Shown: one piece after another, positions 58,858 through 64,000 of the stretch
Numbering within the stretch: the first letter of the stretch is position 1
Layout of the letters: the number at the start of each line of letters is the position of its first letter
DNA from: an uncultured bacterium
Lineage (GTDB): Bacteria; Verrucomicrobiota; Verrucomicrobiia; Verrucomicrobiales; DEV007
Assembly (NCBI GenBank): GCA_963977015.1
Contig: CAXBMO010000021.1
Coordinates: 44,252 to 108,251 of the forward strand
Length of the DNA: 64,000 nucleotides
Direction: 5' to 3'
Notes under the pieces: generated by a model
The model's database searches: none
What the model saw: only the letters and a program-made list of their open reading frames with translations
Told to the model about the DNA's origin: nothing
Position numbers and translations under genes: made by a program

Positions 58858-59589
58858 ATGGAAGAAGAATCCGAAGAACCAATCACATTTCACGACCAAC
58901 TCAGAAAATCGATCCAAAGAAAGTTGGATCGCGGAGACGACCACACCTCCTACGCAACCAATCCGCCGGGTGTTAAACTCAAAGGATTTCATTACCTGCG
59001 GTCCAATCCCATGGGTTACTACGTGCTCAGTCGATTTGTCCGCTTACTCGTAATCGGAGTGGCTATCCTTACCGCGATTTGGTTTTTCCTGCTACCCAAG
59101 TTCGGCTTCATCGGTGGACTTGGGTTTGGCATTACCATTTTCGTCTTCATTCAGGTGTTGCGCTCCCGCTTGTGGATCCTGTTCAACTTCCCGAAAGTCC
59201 AAGCTCGCAAGTTCCAAAATGCCGCGCTCACCCCAGGGCTAATCGTCTCTCTAAAACCGCTGCGCGTTGCTGCAATGACGTCGCTCGCGAATTCAAGCCT
59301 TGCCCAAACAGAAGGGTTGGCGACCAAATTGATTGAATCCCCGATGCTTCCCAAAACCCCGAAAAAGATTGGCCAGCGTGTGCCCTGTGTTTCGCAATTC
59401 TCTGAGAGCAAAGAACCGGGCTATTGGGGAGGTTTTGATTCGGAGCCGATTGCCTGGGCCACGAACAGCCGCAAGGAAATCCAACGCTGTGAGGAAAAAA
59501 TCGGGGACGCGGAATTCGATCAACTCAAACAACTGGTCGACGAAGGCAAAATCCCTGAAAAAGCATTCGAGGTCATGAGAATCAACTGA
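58858..59589 (+). CDS. DUF3239-like membrane protein
   Basis: Two TMs then GQRVPCVS...PIAWAT...IQRCEEKI pattern. Confidence 0.65.
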   Translation: MEEESEEPITFHDQLRKSIQRKLDRGDDHTSYATNPPGVKLKGFHYLRSNPMGYYVLSRFVRLLVIGVAILTAIWFFLLPKFGFIGGLGFGITIFVFIQVLRSRLWILFNFPKVQARKFQNAALTPGLIVSLKPLRVAAMTSLANSSLAQTEGLATKLIESPMLPKTPKKIGQRVPCVSQFSESKEPGYWGGFDSEPIAWATNSRKEIQRCEEKIGDAEFDQLKQLVDEGKIPEKAFEVMRIN

Positions 59590-59738
59590 ACGGGCTTGAG
59601 CGAATCGAAATGGCCCTCAGCCGCCTTGTCGCCCAAGCTGAGGTTCCTGCTCCTGCAACTCCAACCCGTCGCACCAGGTTGCGACACCTTCGCGCTGTTT
59701 TGCTTGCATCCCCAATCCACGCCATTTTAGTGTGCGCC

Positions 59739-60284
59739 ATGGCCTCTCTCCCCCACAGCGCCGTACTCCCAGCTAGTCAATCCCCCGAATTTCATCCCGC
59801 CTCACCCGGCGATGCCATGGCAATCCGCCAGATGGCGGAGGAAATCTGGTACCTTTGCTACCCGGGAATCATCACCCAGCAGCAGATCGACTTCATGCTC
59901 GATTGGATGTACGCCCCGGAAAAGCTGGCCAAAGAAATCGCGGATCCCGAAATCGAATTTGGCTTCCTGATTCAGGATGACGAAGCGATCGGCTACGCCT
60001 CCTTTGGTCCGGAAACTCCGGGTAATCGCCAAGCCGCTCAGCTTCACAAATTCTACCTCCACCCGCGCAAGCACGGCAAAGGGCTCGGCTCCGCGGCGCT
60101 GCGCGAAGTCATTCGCCTCGCCAAAAAGCAGGGCTACAAGACCCTCAGCCTCCGGGTCAATCGCGCCAACCAGGCAGCGGTCCGCTGCTACGAACACGGT
60201 GGATTCACCATTGAGCGCGAAATCAGCACCGATATCGGAAAAGGCTTCGTCATGGACGACTTCCAGATGTCGAGGGAGCTTTGA
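59739..60284 (+). CDS. GNAT family N-acetyltransferase
   Basis: QQQIDFMLDWMY, LHKFYL, HGKGLG, LRVNRAN, YEHGGF, GFVMDDF. Confidence 0.9.
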   Translation: MASLPHSAVLPASQSPEFHPASPGDAMAIRQMAEEIWYLCYPGIITQQQIDFMLDWMYAPEKLAKEIADPEIEFGFLIQDDEAIGYASFGPETPGNRQAAQLHKFYLHPRKHGKGLGSAALREVIRLAKKQGYKTLSLRVNRANQAAVRCYEHGGFTIEREISTDIGKGFVMDDFQMSREL

Positions 60285-60300
60285 ACAAGCCCGCCTCGCC

Positions 60301-60762
60301 ATGAGTTATCCCGACACGCTTCAGGAAATCGTCGAGTTTCTTGAAGCCCTGCCGGAGCAGGAACGCCGCGAAGCCCTGTTCACCTATGCGGAGGCCGCCG
60401 CTCGTCATGAACCGCGCGCAGGCGAGACCTATGTGGTCGCTGACGAGCGATTCGATGAAATGTGCCTGGATTCGGTCGGCGTATTTCTTCACCTGAACGC
60501 CGGAAATGAAGCAACGTTTCGTGTTCGGCTGGGCGGGAAAGTCCAGACGCTGACCCGGGCGCTCGCCTCGATTCTCTGCCAAAGCCTCAACCAGCTTCCC
60601 CTCGCAACCATCGTCAACCTCGACGACGCCTTCATCCCGCGCATCGTCGGGGCGGAACTGATGCGCCTGCGCAGTCGAACCGTTTATTACATGCTCCAAC
60701 GCATGCAGGAGGCCGCCCAACAGGCGATCAACTCAACATCGCCTTCACCACAAAAATCGTAA
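60301..60762 (+). CDS. SufE-like protein
   Basis: LQEIVEFL, Cys in EMCLDSV, LTRALASIL, LMRLRS pattern of the SufE fold; start ATG 60301. Confidence 0.65.
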   Translation: MSYPDTLQEIVEFLEALPEQERREALFTYAEAAARHEPRAGETYVVADERFDEMCLDSVGVFLHLNAGNEATFRVRLGGKVQTLTRALASILCQSLNQLPLATIVNLDDAFIPRIVGAELMRLRSRTVYYMLQRMQEAAQQAINSTSPSPQKS

Positions 60763-61462
60763 CAAGCCAGCCGAGTAGGAAAACTCCAACGGCGGTCAGC
60801 GACATCACGAGGCAGCCAAATCCGCCAATCGACTTCCTTGTTCGACCCGTTTGCCGGGATGGTGACGACTCACCGTCATCGCCGCTCTCATCCCCGGACT
60901 GAGTTTGATTGTTCCGACTTCGCGATGGTTGCACTCCCTTCGGCATCGGCGGCGCATCGGTGTCCTCAATGGCTTTGGTTTCGGCAGGCTTCCCGCCCGA
61001 CGCCGACTGCGTGGCTTCCAGGGGAACCGTGGCCGTCTTCGCCGTCATCGGCCGCGGCGCATTCTCCACCGTGATGCCGTATTTGTTTTCAAAATCGGGA
61101 TCGCGATACGCCTTGTTCAACCCCAGCGCCACCTCGTAATACTGGGTCGCGCCCGGGATGTCACCCAGTTTCGCCGCCGTCTCCGCCATCGCCAAATGGC
61201 CCACTGCCGAATCCGGGCAGTCCGTCAAAAATCCATGCAGCAACGGCACCGCCTGCTGGGGATCCACCATCGAGTAAATCTCCGCCGCCTTCAAAATCTG
61301 CGCCTCATAAACGGGCTCCTCCTCGGCGGAATCCAGCACCGTCACCGCCTCCGCTCCGCGCCCCTCCATCGCCAACTGCTCCGCAAGCCGACAACGAAGG
61401 TCCCAGTTATAAGGATCTTCGGACAACTGTTGGGTTAAAGCTTGGGCGGCTGGGCTTTCCAT
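60728..61462 (-). CDS. TPR-containing protein with C-terminal TM
   Basis: Helical TPR-like N-terminus (PDSAVGHLAMAE...YEVAL), disordered linker, terminal hydrophobic helix. Confidence 0.7.
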   Translation of the reverse strand: MESPAAQALTQQLSEDPYNWDLRCRLAEQLAMEGRGAEAVTVLDSAEEEPVYEAQILKAAEIYSMVDPQQAVPLLHGFLTDCPDSAVGHLAMAETAAKLGDIPGATQYYEVALGLNKAYRDPDFENKYGITVENAPRPMTAKTATVPLEATQSASGGKPAETKAIEDTDAPPMPKGVQPSRSRNNQTQSGDESGDDGESSPSRQTGRTRKSIGGFGCLVMSLTAVGVFLLGWLVTIFVVKAMLS

Positions 61463-61797
61463 GCGAAGGGCGTAGAGCGGCCAGTGTAGGCCGATACCGG
61501 GCCGGATTGCAACGGCAGAACCGCAAAACTCTGAAAACTTCTCGTGGCTTTCGTCCCGCCAGTTTTGTCCAAACCCACACTGAAGGGTTTAGTCACGCAA
61601 ACAATGCCGCTTCCGCCGGTTTTCCACTTCGGGCGGGGGCGGTTTTTGCGGTGAATTAATTGATTGATAAGGAGATCCCGAACTTTGCGTTTATTCTTCG
61701 TCCCCCCTTCTGTGGTTGTCGTCTGCCCCTGAATGATTGTCTCCGTCAGCTCCATCTTTCCGTTGATGATATTCATCGGCTCCATTTCTTCGTTCAT

Positions 61798-61915
61798 CGT
61801 AGCGGAATTTACCAAAATTCCGATCGTTGCGATAATGACAATGACGACGGGCGGAAGATTTTGCATCTTCCGCTACGTTTCTTCGCCCATCGTAGCGGAA
61901 TTTGCCAAAATTCCG
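61798..61915. repeat. Three CGTAG-type REP elements in alternating orientation
   Basis: CGTAG-CGGAATTT-ACCA-AAATTCCG (61798-61822), inverted CGGAAGAT-TTTGC-ATCTTCCG-CTACG (61852-61877), CGTAG-CGGAATTT-GCCA-AAATTCCG (61891-61915). Confidence 0.75.
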
Positions 61916-61925
61916 ATGTCGCCCG

Positions 61926-63218
61926 TTACCCGAGATTCTCGACCCGCAGCAACACGGGTTCGTCGCGGACGCAGTCGAGCGCTCCGATTTGGGCGACGGC
62001 TTGTTTGGCGGTGCCGAATGCGGCGTCGTGGAGCATGAGGACGATGGGGGCGCTTTCCTCATCGTCGGCTTCGAGCTGGATCATGGAGAGGATGCCGATG
62101 TCGCTGTCGCCAAGGATGGTGGCGATTTGGGCCATGACGCCGGGGCGGTCGTCGACCATGAGGCGGAGGTAAAACTGGGAGATGCTTTCGTCGATCGGAA
62201 GAGGTTTGCCGTAGAGGCCGTGGGGGACGAAGCCGGAGCGGTGCTTGCGCAGGGCGGCGTCGGCAAGGTCGGAAATGACGGAGCTGGAGGTGGGGTCCTG
62301 CCCGGCGCCACTGCCGTAAAAGAGGGTTTCGCCGACGATGTCGCCTTTGACGGCGATGGCGTTGAAGACGCCGTTGACGCTGGCGAGGATGTGACTGTGA
62401 GGGACAAGGGAGGGCTGAATGCGGACTTCGATGCGGTCGTCGCAGCAAAGTCGGATGACGGCGAGAAGTTTGACGGCGTAGCCGAGGTCATCGGCGAATT
62501 GGATGTCGACGCGGCGGATGGATTGGATGCCTTCCATGTAGACGTCTTCGAACGGAACCCAGCAGCCGTAACTGAGGCTGGCGAGGATGACGGCTTTATG
62601 AGCGGCGTCTCCTCCGTTGATGTCGAGCGTGGGATCGGCTTCGGCGTAGCCAAGGTCCTGGGCTTCCTTGAGGGCGTCCTCATAGCTGAGGTCGGCCTGA
62701 TCCATCCGGGTGAGGATGTAGTTGGAGGTGCCGTTGATGATGCCGACCATCGAGTCGATGCGATTGCCGACGAAGCTTTCCTGCACCGTTTTGATGATGG
62801 GGATGCCTCCGGCGACGGCGGCTTCGAAGTAAATGGAGGTGTCGTGCTTTTCGGCGAGGGCGAAGAGTTCCTTTCCGTGCTCGGCGAGGAGGGCTTTGTT
62901 GGCGGTGACGACGATTTTGCCGCGTTTGAGAGATTCGCTGATGAGGTGGCGGGCTTTGTCGATGCCGCCGATGAGTTCGACGACGATGGAGATTTCGTCA
63001 TCCTCAATGAGGTCCTCGAGCCGGGTGGAGATGAGGTCGGCGGGAATGTCGAAGTCGCGCTTTTTGCCGGGGTCGTTGACGACGGCGCGTTTGACATGCA
63101 GTTCGCGCCCCGTTCGCTCGCGGAGCAAGTCGCGATTTCGAAGGAGGTTTTTGTAAACGCCGGCTCCGACGTTTCCGAGGCCAGCGAGGCCGATTTGCAG
63201 TGGTTCGTGATTCGCCAT
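61926..63218 (-). CDS. hom: Homoserine dehydrogenase with C-terminal ACT domain
   Basis: GLGNVG, VVTANKA, FEAAVAGGIP, NGTSNYIL, GYAEADP, GAG, DRPGV ACT motif. Confidence 0.96.
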   Translation of the reverse strand: MANHEPLQIGLAGLGNVGAGVYKNLLRNRDLLRERTGRELHVKRAVVNDPGKKRDFDIPADLISTRLEDLIEDDEISIVVELIGGIDKARHLISESLKRGKIVVTANKALLAEHGKELFALAEKHDTSIYFEAAVAGGIPIIKTVQESFVGNRIDSMVGIINGTSNYILTRMDQADLSYEDALKEAQDLGYAEADPTLDINGGDAAHKAVILASLSYGCWVPFEDVYMEGIQSIRRVDIQFADDLGYAVKLLAVIRLCCDDRIEVRIQPSLVPHSHILASVNGVFNAIAVKGDIVGETLFYGSGAGQDPTSSSVISDLADAALRKHRSGFVPHGLYGKPLPIDESISQFYLRLMVDDRPGVMAQIATILGDSDIGILSMIQLEADDEESAPIVLMLHDAAFGTAKQAVAQIGALDCVRDEPVLLRVENLG

Positions 63219-63399
63219 CGTGTTGAAAAAAGCGGGCCATCCTCAACGTAGAATCACCGGGGCGCAAGGACGGAGATTTTTCGCGACTTTTCATGAAGAT
63301 TCGCCAAAAACCGGCGTCAAAGACTAACACTGCGCAAAAAGTTGCTTGCGTCTGGTTAACAATCCATCATTCTAAAAAGTCAATTCAGGAGATTCACCG

Positions 63400-63612
63400 A
63401 TGAAACTGGAATCCACCGAAATCCAAGCCCCCCTCCCCGCGATCGCCAAAATCGTGATCACGTTTTATGTGAGCATGGCACTGGTCTGCGCGGCGTTGAT
63501 TGGGAGCATGACCGCCATCCACAAGGGCTGGGTGAAAGTCGCGTCCCTGGAGCCGAAGTCACCAGCGTTGAAGGTTCCCCAGGTGAAGATGGGTTTTCCC
63601 CAGGCAAAGTAG
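63400..63612 (+). CDS. Small single-TM hypothetical protein
   Basis: AGGAG SD just upstream of ATG, one hydrophobic helix. Confidence 0.5.
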   Translation: MKLESTEIQAPLPAIAKIVITFYVSMALVCAALIGSMTAIHKGWVKVASLEPKSPALKVPQVKMGFPQAK

Positions 63613-64000
63613 GTTCCAGAGGCTCAAACCGCCTCTGAGGCCAAGTTGAGCGTCGCGAGAGGCGATTGATCTGCCGAAAATAAGGCGCCGGTTGGCAATT
63701 GGACGTTTTCGGCTGTCCATTCAGGACAGGATTCAGGCGTGACTTCGATCCCCGGATTGAAATCCGGGGCTGTTAGCCAGAATGCCTTCAGCATCCTTAT
63801 GCGATTCGATTGGCGTGAACGAGACATGGGGTGACGCATCGGAGGTTTGGGGACGCAGTTTTGGCGTTTCTTAGATCGCGAAGGGGGCGATTCAGAAGTG
63901 GGTTTTCACCAGGCGAAGTAGGTTCCAGAGGCTCAAACCGCCTCCGAGGCCAAGTTGAGCGTCGCGAGAGGCGATTGATCTGCCGAAAATAAGGCGCCGG
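63591..64000. repeat. Direct repeat with 309-bp period (second copy truncated by window end)
   Basis: 63591-63691 and 63900-64000 are identical apart from 3 substitutions over 101 bp. Confidence 0.9.

Noticed and set aside
37301-59589. Prophage or integrative element carrying the Ubl locus
   Set aside because: No integrase, transposase, phage genes, tRNA target or att-like direct repeats seen.
61435-61866. 143-aa minus-strand ORF between hom and the TPR gene
   Set aside because: Starts within REP elements, crosses a terminator-like hairpin (about 61607-61648) and overlaps the next gene; insufficient support.
61798-61915. CRISPR array
   Set aside because: Only three units in alternating orientation with no regular spacers or cas genes; fits REP elements.
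61902-63251. 449-aa plus-strand ORF
   Set aside because: Antisense shadow of hom.
63624-63839. 71-aa minus-strand ORF as a duplicated gene
   Set aside because: Runs through a REP-like palindrome and the direct repeat; no protein motif; probably spurious.

Overview
GC-rich bacterial chromosomal segment, most likely PVC superphylum/Verrucomicrobiota (inferred from DUF1549/DUF1553-DUF1501 genes, sulfatases and PVC-type secreted proteins). About 1-37 kb and 59-64 kb hold housekeeping and PVC-typical genes: uvrA, an ECF sigma/FecR-LamG pair with its likely target operon, a type III PKS, sulfatases, aroK, queG, sua5, murJ, rex, yaaA, gapdh-arsJ, a sufE-like gene and hom, plus REP-like repeats. The standout is a ~15 kb + strand locus (39.8-54.7 kb) that appears to encode two ubiquitin-like conjugation cascades around a proteasomal ARC/Mpa-type AAA+ ATPase. 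The order is FHA-like/RING (putative E3), E1, E2, a three-gene interruption, hypothetical, Ubl1, JAB1, ARC-like ATPase, Ubl2, E2, JAB2, E1. It is preceded by a divergent SorC-type regulator and an orphan wHTH protein and followed by an LRR-Roc-COR protein. No 20S proteasome, Pup/PafA, CD-NTase, integrase, tRNA, rRNA or CRISPR array was seen. All calls are motif-based by eye; no database searches were run.
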